From positions 1,612,001 through 1,676,000 of the forward strand of contig NC_043003.1 in assembly GCF_006345805.1 (NCBI RefSeq): 64,000 nt of DNA. The letters are read 5' to 3'. A model generated the notes under the pieces. It had not been told where the DNA came from. It did no database searches and saw only the letters and a program-made list of their open reading frames with translations. Positions 11,901 through 24,124 of the stretch are shown here, in pieces. The DNA is from Octopus sinensis. Its lineage: Eukaryota. Both the position numbers and the translations under genes were made by a program. Within the stretch, counting starts at the first letter, position 1, and each line of letters opens with the position of its first letter.

Positions 11901-14145
11901 ATAAAAGAGAGTGCTTACAGAGATCAAAGAGAGTGCTTACAGAGATCAAAGGCGGTGCCGACATAGATGAAAGACGATGCCGACAGAGATCAAAGAGTGC
12001 TTACAGAGATCAAAGGCGGTGCCAAAAGAGATCAAAGAGGTTACCGACAGAGATGAAAGAGGGTGCCGAAAGAGATCAAAGAGGGTGCCGACAGAGATCA
12101 AAGAGTGTGCCGAAAGAGATAAAAGAGAGTGCTTACAGAGATCAAAGGCGGTGCCGAAAGAGATCAAAGGCGGTGCCGAAAGAGATCAAAGAGGTTGCCG
12201 ACAGAGATCAAAGAGTGTGTCGACAGAGATCAAAGGCGGTGCCGAAAGAGATCAAAGACGGTGCCGACAGAGAACAAAGATGGTGCTAACAGAGATCAAA
12301 GAGTGTGCTGACAGAGATCAACGAGGGGGCCGACAGAGATCAATGAGGGTGTCGAAAGACATCAAAGAGCGAGCTGACAAAGATTAAAGAGGAGAGCAAA
12401 CAGAGATCAAAGAGGGAGCTGACAGAAATCAAAGAGGGTGCTGACAGAGATCAAAGAGGGTGCTGACAGAGTTGAAAGAGCGAGCGGACAGAGATCAAAG
12501 AGGGTGCCGACAGAGATCAAAGAGCGAGCTGACAAAGATCAAAGAGGAGAGCCGACAGAAATCAAAGAGCGTGTCGACAGAGATCAACGAGGGTGCTGAC
12601 AGAGATCAAAGAGGGTGCCGATAGAGGTCAAAGACGGTGCCAAAAGAGATCAAAGAGGATGCCGACTGAGATCAAAGAGGGTGCCGATAGAGATGAAAGA
12701 TGGTGCTGACAGAGATCAAAGAGGATGCCGACATATATCAAAGAGGGTGCCGATAGAGATCAAAGAGGGTGCTGACATAGATCAAAGTGGGTGCGACAGA
12801 TATCAAAGTGGGTGCTGACAGAGATCAAAGAGGATGCTGACATAGATCAAAGTGGGTGCCGACAGATATCAAAGTGGGTGCCGATAGAGATCAAAGAGGG
12901 TGCCGATAGAGATCAAAGAGGGTGCTGACATAGATCAAGGTGGGTGCCGACAGATATCAAAGTGGGTGCCGACAGAGATCAAAGAGCGTGTCGACAGAGA
13001 TTGAAGAGGAGTGTCGACAGAGATCAGAGATGGTCGCTAAAGAGATCAAAGATGGTGCCGACAGATCAAATATGTTGCCGACAGAGATCGAATAGGGTGT
13101 CGACAGAGTTCAAGGAACCTGCCGACCGAGATCAAAGAGGATGCCCACAGAGATCAAAGAGGGTGCCGTCAGAGATCAAAGAGTGAGCCGAAAGAGATCA
13201 AAGATGGTACCGACAGATGGCAAAGATGGCGCCGACATAGATCAAAGAGGGTGCCGACAATCAAAGAGCGGACCGACAAAAATCAAAGAGGGCGTCAACA
13301 GAGATCAAAGAGGGTACCGACATTGATCAAAGAGGGTGCCGACAATCAAAGAGCGGACCGACAAAAATCAAAGAGGGTGTCAACAGAGATCAAAGAGGGT
13401 ACCGACAGAGATCAAAGAGGGTGTCGACAGAGGTCAAAGACGGTGCCAAAAGAGATCAAAGAGGATGCCGACAGAGATCAAAGAGGGTGCCGACAGAGAT
13501 CAAAGATGGTGCCGACAGAGATCAAAGAGTGAGCCGATAGAGATCAAAGACGGTACCTACAGATATCAAAGATGGCGCCGACAGAGATCAAAGAGGGTGC
13601 AGACATATATCAAAGATGGTGCCGACAGAGATCAAAGACGGTGCCGAAAGAGATCAAAGAGGGTGATGACAGAGATGAAAGTAGGTGCCGACAGAGATCA
13701 AAGAGGGGGACGACAGAGATCAAAGAGGCTGTCGACAGAGATCATACATGGTGTCGACAGAGATCAAAGGGGTGCCGATAGAGATAAAGGAGTCTGTCGA
13801 CAGACATCAAGGATGTTACCGACAGGGATAAAAGAGGTTCCTGAAAGAGATCAAAGAGGAGTTTTGACATATATCAAAGATGGTGCCGACAAGGATCAAA
13901 GCGGGAGCCGACAGAAATCAAAGACGGTGCCGACAGAGATCAAAGAGGGTGCCGACAGAGATCAAAGCGGGTGCTGACAGTGATCAAAGAGGGAGCTGAC
14001 AGCGATCAAAGAGGGTGCCGACAGAGATCAAAGAGCCAGCAAACATAGATCAAAGAGGGTGTCGTAAGATATCAAAGATGGCGCCAACAGAGATCAAAGA
14101 GGGTGCCGATAGAGATCGGAGACGGTGTCGAAAGAGATCAAAGAC
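5935..14145 (+). repeat. 8.2-kb purine-rich minisatellite, 22-bp and 23-bp units (GCCGACAGAGATCAAAGAGG-GT / -AAT/-AGT)
   Basis: Hundreds of tandem units are visible. 22-bp diverged units at ~5935-6570 and ~10560-14145, a more homogeneous 23-bp core at ~6570-10560, and an AT-rich interruption at ~11645-11700. Confidence 0.97.
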
Positions 14146-14428
14146 TCCAGGTTCAGTGCCACTGCATGGCAACTTGGTGTCTTTTTGTTGTAGGCAGAAT
14201 CTGTTTGGAAACCCATCGTACAGATACATAATTTCTACCTAACAAATAAATGAGAGGAAGAACAGAATATTATTAGTAAGGATATGGCTTTTATTTTATT
14301 GTTACGATATAAAAGAGAATCACTTTGGGGATTATTTGCAGTTTTGTTATCCATTTTGTAGGGAGTTAAGCTAATCTGTGTGAGACTGCGAGAAGGAGAG
14401 AGAAAGAGTAAAAGAATTTAAACAAATA

Positions 14429-14780
14429 GGCACAGGAGTGGCTGTGTGGTAAGAAGCTTGCTTCCTAACCATATGGTTCTGGATTCAGTCCCACTGCATG
14501 GCACCTTGGGCAAATGTCTTCTACTGTAGCCTCGGGCCGATCAAAGCTTTGCAAGTGGATTTGGTAGACGGAAACTGAAAGAAGCCCATCATATATGTAT
14601 GTCTGTGTTCCCCCCCCCCATTACTGCTTGGCAACTGACGTTCCTATAACTTAGCAGCTTGCCAAAGGAGACCGATAGAATAAGTACTAGGCTTACAAAG
14701 AATAAGTCCCGGGGTCGATTTGTTCAGCTAAAGGTGGTGCTCCAGCATGGCCGCAGTCAAATGCCTGAAACAAATAGAGA
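14429..14780 (+). mobile_element. tRNA-derived SINE, near full length (abundant family)
   Basis: A-box TGGCTGTGTGG and B-box-like GGATTCAGTCC. The same sequence recurs at ~15385-15600(-), 17960-18117(-), 18300-18715(-), 29665-30082(-), 32848-33335(+), 56760-57105(-) and 57903-58270(+). Confidence 0.85.
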
Positions 14781-14974
14781 GGTTGAAAGTTATGTATGGT
14801 TTGTCTCCACAAACCATACATGAATTGCTCCGTTTGGCCAGAGGCCAAGCAAAAGAGGCAGAATGGAATTTTTGCCTGTATTTATATTTCTTTGTAACTA
14901 AATTAGATGAGGCTACAGAAAGGATTATCCGTCTCTTATCTGCCTTGAACTTGTCATTTAAATAATACAATTTA

Positions 14975-15124
14975 TATGCGGCTATTTTTCAACAAAAACA
15001 TCTTTAAATGATGGCTTTGACCGTCTGCCAAGCAAATGGGAAGCAGTAATTGAAGTGGATGGTGAACATGCTCCAGAATAATCATTTAAAGATGTTTTTG
15101 TAATAATTATGCACCAACCCAATA
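14975..15124 (+). mobile_element. mariner transposon 3' fragment
   Basis: Encodes DGFDRLPSKWEAVIEVDGEHAPE* (mariner transposase C-terminus pattern), followed by TIR-like TGCACCAACCCAA and TA. Confidence 0.7.
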
Positions 15125-15609
15125 CAAGTGTTGAAATCAATTAAGAACTCATAGAAATATCTAGGCTAGGTTTGAAACCTTGACTAAGAATTTAGGAAAC
15201 CATTTACTAGGTATACATACACATCCTTCTGTGTATGTGCCTCTTTATGTTGGCATTGCATGATTCTTTTAATTTCTTAATGGATTCAATCGTAGGACAG
15301 CAGCCATGCTGGAGCACCAGTTGTAAATGAGAGTCACCATCATACAAGCGGTGTCCTTCATTTCCAGTCTTCCACAAAAACATGTCTTTTTTCTATTATT
15401 TGTTTCAGTCATTTGACTGTGGCCAAGCTGGAGCACCACCTTCAGTCGAGCACATCGACCCCAGGACTTATTCTTTGTAAGCCTAGTACTTATTCTATCG
15501 GTCTCTCTTGCTGAACCGCTAAGTGATGGGGACGTAAACACACCAGCATCAGTTGTCAAGTGATGTTGGGGGGACAAACACAGACACACAAACACACATA
15601 AATATATAC

Positions 15610-15680
<71 letters not shown>

Positions 15681-15684
<4 letters not shown>

Positions 15685-17190
15685 AAATAGTAAAGAGTGA
15701 AAAAACGACAGAAGGCTTAAATGTTAAAAAATATATATATATGCGTCAAAATGTCTGGAGAATATTGGAAAAATTTTTTTCCTCCTTAAAATGACATAAT
15801 TTTATAATTTTTAAAGAAATACCGGTTTCGCAGTTAGCTCTTCAAATTTCTTGTGACTTAATGTTTATTTTTAATAACGTAATCCTTGTATTTTTGCTAC
15901 GGAGAGTTCTAAATAAGGGAAGGTAGTGCGTGATTTCTTCCGGTGTAAGGGAGATAATCGCTTAAAAAATTTTTTTCCTTTAGTGTGAATTTCTCTGTAT
16001 TATTGAGTTCGGATAGTTGAGTCTGGGTTTGTACTTTTCAATGAAGAATGTTTCCTTATTTAGTCTAATTTGTGATGATGATCCGAAAGCACATTGGTAA
16101 AATGGAAAGATTAAAAATTGTGGTTGTAGTTGCTTTGCGCATTTCTCAATGTGCTCACTAAAAGGTATCATTCTATATTCTGGGAATGCAATCTGTTGTC
16201 GATGCAGTGTGCATCTACGTCTGAGTGATAGTCCCGTGGACCCCACGTAGTCTTGGTGGCAGCCCGAGCATTTAATGACATAAATTATGTTTTCAGAGGC
16301 ACAAGTAAAGTTAGATTTGATCTTAAATTTCTGTCCCTCTTTAAAGAAGAATTCTGATCCTTCCAATAGGTTAGGACATGTTGCACAGTTCGATCTACCA
16401 CATTTTTTTATTTTTGCATCCGTAATTTTAGAAGACAATTTTGCCTTTGTGAGAATCTTTTTAAGTGATTTAGGCTGTTTGTAGCTTTTAATGATTTGGT
16501 GTATGTTTAGAATTTCCTTTTCTTCCTTAAAGAGGGACAGAAATTCAAGATCAAATCTAACTGTACTTGTGCCTCTGAAAACATAATTTATGTCATTAAA
16601 TGCTCGGGCTGCCACCAAGACTACGTGGGGTCCACGGGACTATCACTCAGACGTAGATGCACACTGCATCGACAACAGATTGCATTCCCAGAATATAGAA
16701 TGATACCTTTTAGTGAGCACATTGAGAAATGCGCAAAGCAACTACAACCACAATTTTTAATCTTTCCATTTTACCAATGTGCTTTCGGATCATCATCACA
16801 AATTAGACTAAATAAGGAAACATTCTTCATTGAAAAGTACAAACCCAGACTCAACTATCCGAACTCAATAATACAGAGAAATTCACACTAAAGGAAAAAA
16901 ATTTTTTAAGCGATTATCTCCCTTACACCGGAAGAAATCACGCACTACCTTCCCTTATTTAGAACTCTCCGTAGCAAAAATACAAGGATTACGTTATTAA
17001 AAATAAACATTAAGTCACAAGAAATTTGAAGAGCTAACTGCGAAACCGGTATTTCTTTAAAAATTATAAAATTATGTCATTTTAAGGAGGAAAAAAATTT
17101 TTCCAATATTCTCCAGACATTTTGACGCAAATATATATATTTTTTAACATTTAAGCCTTCTGTCGTTTTTTCACTCTTTACTATTTTCTT
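15681..17190. mobile_element. Young PLE insertion as a fold-back: two ~670-bp inverted copies of the GIY-YIG endonuclease 3' end and UTR
   Basis: 15681-16350 is the reverse complement of 16521-17190 with very few mismatches and a 170-bp spacer. ORF 15980-16618(-) has CGRSNCATC, the GIY-YIG-like NIIYVIKCSGCHQDYVGST, R..H and E..FI..YKPRLN. Both flanks are (TA)n. Confidence 0.92.
17019..17057 (+). ncRNA. Minimal hammerhead variant in PLE 3' region (mirror copy 15814-15852, minus strand)
   Basis: aagaaa-t-TTGAAGA-GCtaactGC-GAAAC-CG-GTA-tttctt. Helix III ACCGGT is palindromic, helix II is 2 bp, and the core is non-canonical (C3U plus an extra U). Confidence 0.5.
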
Positions 17191-17225
17191 ATATATTCAC
17201 CCACGTGCTTTACCAAACAAACTTT

Positions 17226-17274
<49 letters not shown>

Positions 17275-17278
<4 letters not shown>

Positions 17279-17946
17279 CGGATGAATGAGGAGAGATGTG
17301 TGAAGAAGTGCCACTCCCAAACAGTTGAAGGTATCAGGGGGAGAGGTAGACCTAAGAAGACATGGGATGAGGTAGTCAAGGATGACTTTCAAACGTTGGG
17401 CCTCACAGAGACAATGACGAAAGACCGAGACCTCTGAAGATATGCTGTGACTGCAAAGACCCGACAAATAACGTGAGTTCATGGCTGCTTCCTGCACCAG
17501 TTTCTCATAGCCCCAGCCCATCAAAAGTAACTTGGATCGTAGGGTGATCTGCTGTGCTTGAGGAGACCTATTGAGTCAAGTACATCAACATCAAAATAAA
17601 TATCAAATGGAAATTATAGCTATGATACCTGTTCTAGTGGCACATAAAAAGCACCATCCAAACATGGCCGATGCCAGCGCCGCCTTCACTGGCATCTGTG
17701 CCGGTGGCACGTGAAAAGCACCAACCGATCGTAACCACTGCCAGCCTCCCTTGGTACCTGTGCCGGTGGCACGTAAAAGCACCCACAACACTCACGGATT
17801 GGTTGGCATTAGGAAGGACATCCAGCTGTAGAAACACTGCCAGATCAGACTGGAGCCTGGTGCCACCTTCTGGCTTCCCAGATCCCGGTCGAACCTTCCA
17901 ACCCGTGCTATCACGGAAAATGGACGTTAAACGATGATGACGATGA
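17275..17946 (+). mobile_element. RTE-clade LINE 3' fragment with (GAT)n tail
   Basis: Encodes ..RMNEERCVKKCHSQTVEGIRGRGRPKKTWDEVVKDD.. (RTE ORF C-terminus), then a 3' UTR with gtgccggtggcacgtaaaagcacc sub-repeats. Related pieces at ~18955-19250(-), 20265-20645, 25725-25985, 26570-27090(-), 27410-27943, 35405-35720(-) and 38365-38690. Confidence 0.85.
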
Positions 17947-18472
17947 TATACATATATATGACGGGCTTCTTTCAGTTTCCATCTATCAAATCCACTCTCA
18001 AGGCTTTGGTTTTCCCAAGGCTATAGTAGAAGACAGTTGCCCAAGGTGCCACGCAGTGGGACTGAACCCAGAACCATATGGTTGGTAAGCAAGCTACTTA
18101 TTACACAGCTACTCCTGTCTGGTGATGGGAAAATATTAACTTAATTGGAAACAAGCGACAGGAAGGACATCTATCCATAGAAAATCTGACTCAGTGAATT
18201 TCGTTTGATCCAAGCAAGAATAGAAATATAGACATTAGAACAAAGATCTCGGCACAAAAATCCTAATATTACTGTTACTGATATTTTACTAAATCAGGTT
18301 CTCTTTTACTTGTTTCAGTTATTTGACTGCGGCATTGCTGGAGCACCACCTTTGGTCGAGCAAATCGACCCCAGGACTTATTCTTTGTAAGCCTAGTACT
18401 TATTCTATCGAACTGCTAAGTGATGGGGACGTAAAAACACCAGCATCGGTTGTCAAGCGATGTTGGGGTGAC

Positions 18473-18527
<55 letters not shown>

Positions 18528-20225
18528 CATATACATATATATATATATACACAACAGGATTCTTTCAGTTTCCATCTACCAAATCCACTCACAAGGCTTT
18601 GATTGGCCCGAGGCTATAGTAGAAGACACTTGCCCAAGGTGCCATGCAGTGGGACTGAAACCAGAACCATGTGGTTGGTAAGCAAGCTACTTACCGCACA
18701 GCCATTCCTGCGCCTATTCATTTATTTATTTTTGTGTTCAGATAGAGAAGGATCGCCCCCGTAATCCATTATTTGTTTTTAGGGTTTCCTAGCCTGGTGA
18801 ATGGACAGGTTATTCTCAAACCACTGAATGTATGCAACAGAGTGAATTCTGCTAAAGGCACCCAAGAACCAGGAGCAATGTCACAAGTTGTCCTGGGTCA
18901 CATGTTACCAGTAGCACTAAAAGTGACCTGACACACATATAATAGATATATATGTATCATCATCATCATCATCATTGTTTAATGTCTGTTTCCCATGCTG
19001 CCATGGCTTGGACAGTTCAACTGGGGTCTACGAAGCCAAGAGGCTACACCAGGCTCCAGTCTGATCTGCCAGTGTTTCTACAATTAGATGCCCTTCCTAA
19101 CACCAACCACCATGTGGTGGGTGATTTTTATGTGCCACCAGCACATGGGGTGGCATCAACCATGATCAGATGGTGCTTTTTACATGCCACCAGCATGGAA
19201 GCCAGTCAAGGCAGTGCTGGCATTGGCCACATTCAGGTGGTGCTTTTTACGTGTCGTATATATTATATATATATGGGTGTATGATGGCTGTCCACCCGTG
19301 ACCGAGGAAGACCATTGCTGACCTTCAGGAACATTGTGCGCTGTTGGACTAACTTATATCTTGCATTTGCGGCTCCCTTGGTGGCTAATGAGTCCTGCTC
19401 TTGATGAGCCATACACGACTGCAAACATTGCAGACCAAGCTTTCCCCATTCACTAAACCAGCCGTGTGCTTTCGAACAGCATCCTTTCATGCAGAATACG
19501 TGCTCCCTCAAAGGGCTCAATCCCCTCCTTAACCTGCTTCCTCCATACAAACATACTTTTGCTTTTGCACATGTAGATGAGTTGTTATATTTGGTGAGTT
19601 TCCATTCAAGTCTAGAATTAGACTTTTAGGAAGTATTTAACTCTTTTAATCATTTCACCTGTAAAAAGATAAACAAATAAATAAACAAACACAGAGAAAA
19701 GGGTATATATTTATTCACGTTGCAGTCAGAAGATTACACACAAAATATATTTGATGTCAGCAAACAAAAAACGGCTTAAACTTGAGAATGTTTCATTGTG
19801 AAGAAATGTTAAATCAGCAGACCCCCACCCCCACAAAATATCTATGATAAAATATCCATATTACATAAATTTTGAAAATGAAAAAAGGTGAAAATGTAAT
19901 TTAAGAAAATTTACCTTTATGAAAATGTGTGAGTATGCTTATATTATTGTGTCCGTGTGTTTAAAGATTGCTTGAAGTAGTGTGCAGAAATTATATATAT
20001 TAAGAAAATGGGGACCTTCAGGATTTGGATAAAGACTATATATTTAGTGATTTCATCCCTTTTAGGGATGAAGGTGTTAAATAATCTGAGCCTGAATGAG
20101 CTGCGTTTCTGTCAGGAGCTTGTGAAACTTTAAGTCACATAGAACTGAATCAAACTGTTTTAAATAATAACTCCTTCTAAATAGAGTGCCTTTTTCTTTT
20201 GTTTGTCCATTCATTCTCACACACA

Positions 20226-20270
<45 letters not shown>

Positions 20271-21024
20271 ATCGAAATCGATCAATGGAAATCGATCAAT
20301 GGAAATTGCAGATGTGTTACCAGTGCCGGTGGCATGTAAGAGAACTTTCCGTTTCGCGACCGTTGCCAGCACCGCCTGGCCCTCGTGCCGGTGGCACATA
20401 AAAAGCACCATCCGTTCGTGGCCGTTTGCCAGCTCTGTCTGGCACCAGTGCGGGTGGCACGTAAAAAGCACCCACTACACTCACGGAGTGGTTGGCGTTA
20501 GGAAGGGCATCCAGCCGTAGAAACACTGCCAGATTTGACTGGGCCTGATGAAGCCTTCTGGCTTCACAGACCCCAGTAGAACCGTCCAACCCATGCTAGC
20601 ATGGAAAACGGACGCTAAACGATGATGATGATGATGATGATGATATATATATATATATATTATTATTATTATTATTATCATAAGTAGTTTATATTCATTT
20701 TTAGTATACACATTAGCATTTCGCTAAATCAGCCATGAATTTACATGGTAAATATATAAACTGACAGAGGGTTTTAGCTGAACCATCTGAGCAACGGGGA
20801 TAGACACTGCTGACGAGTCTGTAATTAACAGATGAAATTAGTGTAGTCCTATAGTTTTCCAGCTTTGTTCATGGGCGGTTATCTCCCCTGTCAGTCTATA
20901 TAAATGTGAGCTTATGCAGCTTTAAGGGTTTAACTCTTATTTCTAGCAATATAGATGCTATTCAGCACCCTCAGTCATGATTAAATTTTTCTGATATATA
21001 TATATGTGTATGCATATGTGTGTG

Positions 21025-21715
21025 TTAAATAAAATAACATAACAAGGCCAAGGCACAGTGATATTCCTAGGACACTTATAAATAGAAAGGTGGTTTTACA
21101 GCTGTTTCAGGGAAATAAATGATATTCCATCATCAGAGATGAGTTAAGAGAGTTTAACTAGAAGGAATTAGTAGAGTTCATTATATAAGACGTTTCCTTT
21201 TCTCTCTTCTTTTTCCTCCCCTAATCCTTTTGACCAACACCATTTTTCTTCCTTCTAACATTTTTATATCTATTCACTTCTCTCTGTCTATTTCCCCCCC
21301 TAGCAGTATATTCCCAAAATTTCACTTTCACTCCAAGATCCTTTTGAATGAACATCACATGGAATTAATATCTGCACACTATCCATTTGAAACAGCAACA
21401 TATGAACTCCTGATGGAATTTACACCCCATGGACAAGAAGCCTCTTTACCCATTCTACACTGCATATTCCTTGGATAACAAAACACCAACTTTAACATCC
21501 AACATATATTTTCATTTTCCTATTTCCCTTTATACTTTTCGTATCTTTCCCTTTCCCAAATAATTTCTTATATAATGAACTCTACTAATTCCTTCTGTTG
21601 AAGCTCTGATGATGGAATATCATTTATTTCCCTGAAACAGCTGTAAGACCAACTTTCTATTTATAAATGTTCCAGAAATATCACATTGCCTTGGCCTTGT
21701 CTCATTTTATTTAAC
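21025..21715. mobile_element. Old PLE 3' remnant with inverted ~150-165-bp arms, each containing a hammerhead motif
   Basis: 21025-21190 and 21566-21715 are inverted. CTGATGA-helix II-GAAAC-AGCT-GTA occurs at 21606-21645(+) and ~21097-21136(-). The spacer encodes LHPHG, resembling a GIY-YIG C-terminal LxPxGLN. Confidence 0.7.
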
Positions 21716-22817
21716 CTATACACGCTCACACATGACCTATCTTAGACTCCTCACTCATGCTATTATTGAACCAGGAGTTTAACAGTGGTCCTTCTGTAGC
21801 ACTTACATAGCCTCATCTGCCTTTTGGCTCTTCTGGATACCAAAACCTCTCATACTATATATATATATATACAAACACACACGCAATTTTGACAAATAAT
21901 GAGAACAGCTATTCGACCCCCACCACCACCACCATATCTGGTGGATAAATATTCTTTCACCATTTAACATCCGCCTTCCATGCTGGCATGTGTGGATTAA
22001 CAATACTATCATTGGTGTCATGTATAAAGTTTGTATTTATGAAGCACTTTACTAAAGAATGTTAGCAATTGCCTCCATGCCTGTCTGAAGATAGTTAACT
22101 GGTTTCATGCTTGAAGGACTTTAACGGTGTATATATATTTAGTATTGGTACATTTATTGGTTGTTTTTGTATGCATACAGCTGATATTATACTTGCTCCA
22201 CTCCTGATTGATCAAAACCATTCCGACCATGACCATCTCATCTATTATTGTTGCTTTTTAACATTCATGTATCTTATACTATATTCCCTAATCTGGTGTT
22301 AGAGATAATCTTGTGTTTAAACCTTTAGCATTCAGATGACTCTTTCAAACTTAATCCTTATTGAATTGCATTGTTTTGAACTAATCCTGGATTATCTTCT
22401 AGCCTCACGATTTTATTTTCAGAACGACATTGTAGAGTAGGTGTGAAAGGCTAGATCTGGCCAGTTTGAACAGAAAACAGGTCAGTTGTTTGGATCTAAT
22501 ACAACCAGTTTAAGTACTAAAACGTTTGATTACCAAATATCTATTCAAAACAGCCAGATTAAAATTCCAGGCAACAATCAATATTTAATCAGTCAACGAA
22601 CACTGAGAAAGGCATGAAAAAATTCAATAAATTCTATTGAAAAGAAGGGCAAAACCCATGTTTGCATGGGGTGTGTCAGTGCAGGATTCAGATTTAGTGA
22701 AAAGATTTTAAGTTACACAAGGTTTGGTGGCCCCTTAATAAAAAAAAAAATGGCACCAGAATGTTCCAAGAAAGGATAACAATTTTGAGGAACCGGCAGA
22801 TTATAAAGTGCCTTAAT

Positions 22818-23646
22818 CAGTGGTTCTCAACTAGGGACCGCATAAACAGTAAATTGGGGATCTACAGTAGTATTTTAAGGATTCATAAAAAAAATTTCAT
22901 CTCACAGGATATCTTTATTGCAAAAAACGTATTTCTTTTACATAGATTAACCCTTTTGTTACTGTATTTATTTTGAGATGCTCTGTGTTTTTTTTTTTTT
23001 CAATTGCTTTGCTTTAAACATAACAAAAAATTTAGTAAAATAACTTAGTAATAATTAAGCTAGTGTTAGGAACATAAATTGTGACTAAGGTTTGGTGGAA
23101 GATTTTAATTCAGAACTTTTGAAAACAAGACATTTGTAATACAGAACCAGAACTGGTTTCAGCTGGGTTGGTATCGAAAGGGTTAAGAATTGTTTCTCTA
23201 TTATATATTTTAACCCTTTCATTACAGTATTTATTTTGAGATGCTCTGAGTTTCTTTCAATTATTTTTAGATATAACAAAGAATTTAGTAAAATAACTTA
23301 GTTATCATTAAGCTAGTGTTAGGAACATAAATTGTGACTAAGGTTTGGTGGAAGATTTTAATTCAGAACTTTTGAAAACAAGACATTTGTACTACAGAAC
23401 CAGAGCCAGTTTCAGCCAGGTTGGTATCAAAAAGGTTAACTTGTTTCCGGTCACTGAAACGTGTTCTCCCAGAGAGTGCTAATGCCAACCTACGTAAATG
23501 AATGGGTGAAAACCAAATAGGAAATTTTGAAAGAAGTCACTGTAAAACTAGTTTCTAAACACCAAATGGCTATGGGGCAGTGGGGCCCAGCAGAGTAAAA
23601 AAGTACCCAAAGGGGTTCATAAATAAAAACTGGTGGAGAAACACTG
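22818..23646. mobile_element. hAT-like non-autonomous element hosting two tandem TTAA-flanked (piggyBac-like) MITEs
   Basis: Outer ends are CAGTGGTTCTC / GAGAAACACTG. Inner copies 22951-23182 and 23214-23435 have TTAA|CCCTT...AAGGG/AAAGG|TTAA. A third copy is inverted at ~39530-39746. Confidence 0.7.
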
Positions 23647-24124
23647 GTACAGATAATTTGTTTTATCGTGACTTTTTTGCTTGTACTTCTTCTAGTGGCT
23701 GATTGGGAATCACCAACGCTTTTCTTGCCTCTAAAGTTTTTGATATACTTGAGGTTGAGTCTGGCTGTTTTTCAAAGTTGACATAAATAGTCAAGGAGTC
23801 TCCAAGAATTGCTGCAAAATTAAGAAGTTGTTATCAATAATGCTTCATGTAAATTGCTAAACAACTCAGTTAAATTCTCATCCATGTGTCACATCACTGC
23901 AAAAGTATCTCCTTCCAAGACAATGATGGAGCAACTTCTCTATGGTCACTTGATCTGCTAGAAGTAGCAGTTAATTCTCTTACATTACACTCTACAGTCA
24001 AAGGAAATTAAAAAAAAAAAAGTACACATTGGTTTATGAATTTACTGAGTACATAAAAAGGCCAGAGGGTCATGGGTGGAACCATAGATCTCTTCAAGCA
24101 GGGATGATCTGGTTTTAACAAATG

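Noticed and set aside
5935-14145. CRISPR array
   Set aside because: Units are contiguous with no unique spacers, there are no cas genes, and the context is eukaryotic. The same applies to the 44-bp and 157-bp arrays.
5970-14242. Dozens of ORFs with PTEIKE/CRQRSKR/DRDQRG repeats as a real repetitive protein gene
   Set aside because: They are the three frames of a 22/23-bp satellite, with frequent frameshifts and stops, no codon-position bias and no splice or UTR context.
15980-16618. The 212-aa ORF as a complete stand-alone endonuclease gene
   Set aside because: Its first ~33 codons are antisense read-through of the opposite inverted arm; it is a 5'-truncated PLE piece.
21806-21855. Possible minus-strand exon with GTAAGT donor
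   Set aside because: The acceptor lies in a (TA)n run, and a phase-1 join to the gene gives an immediate stop.
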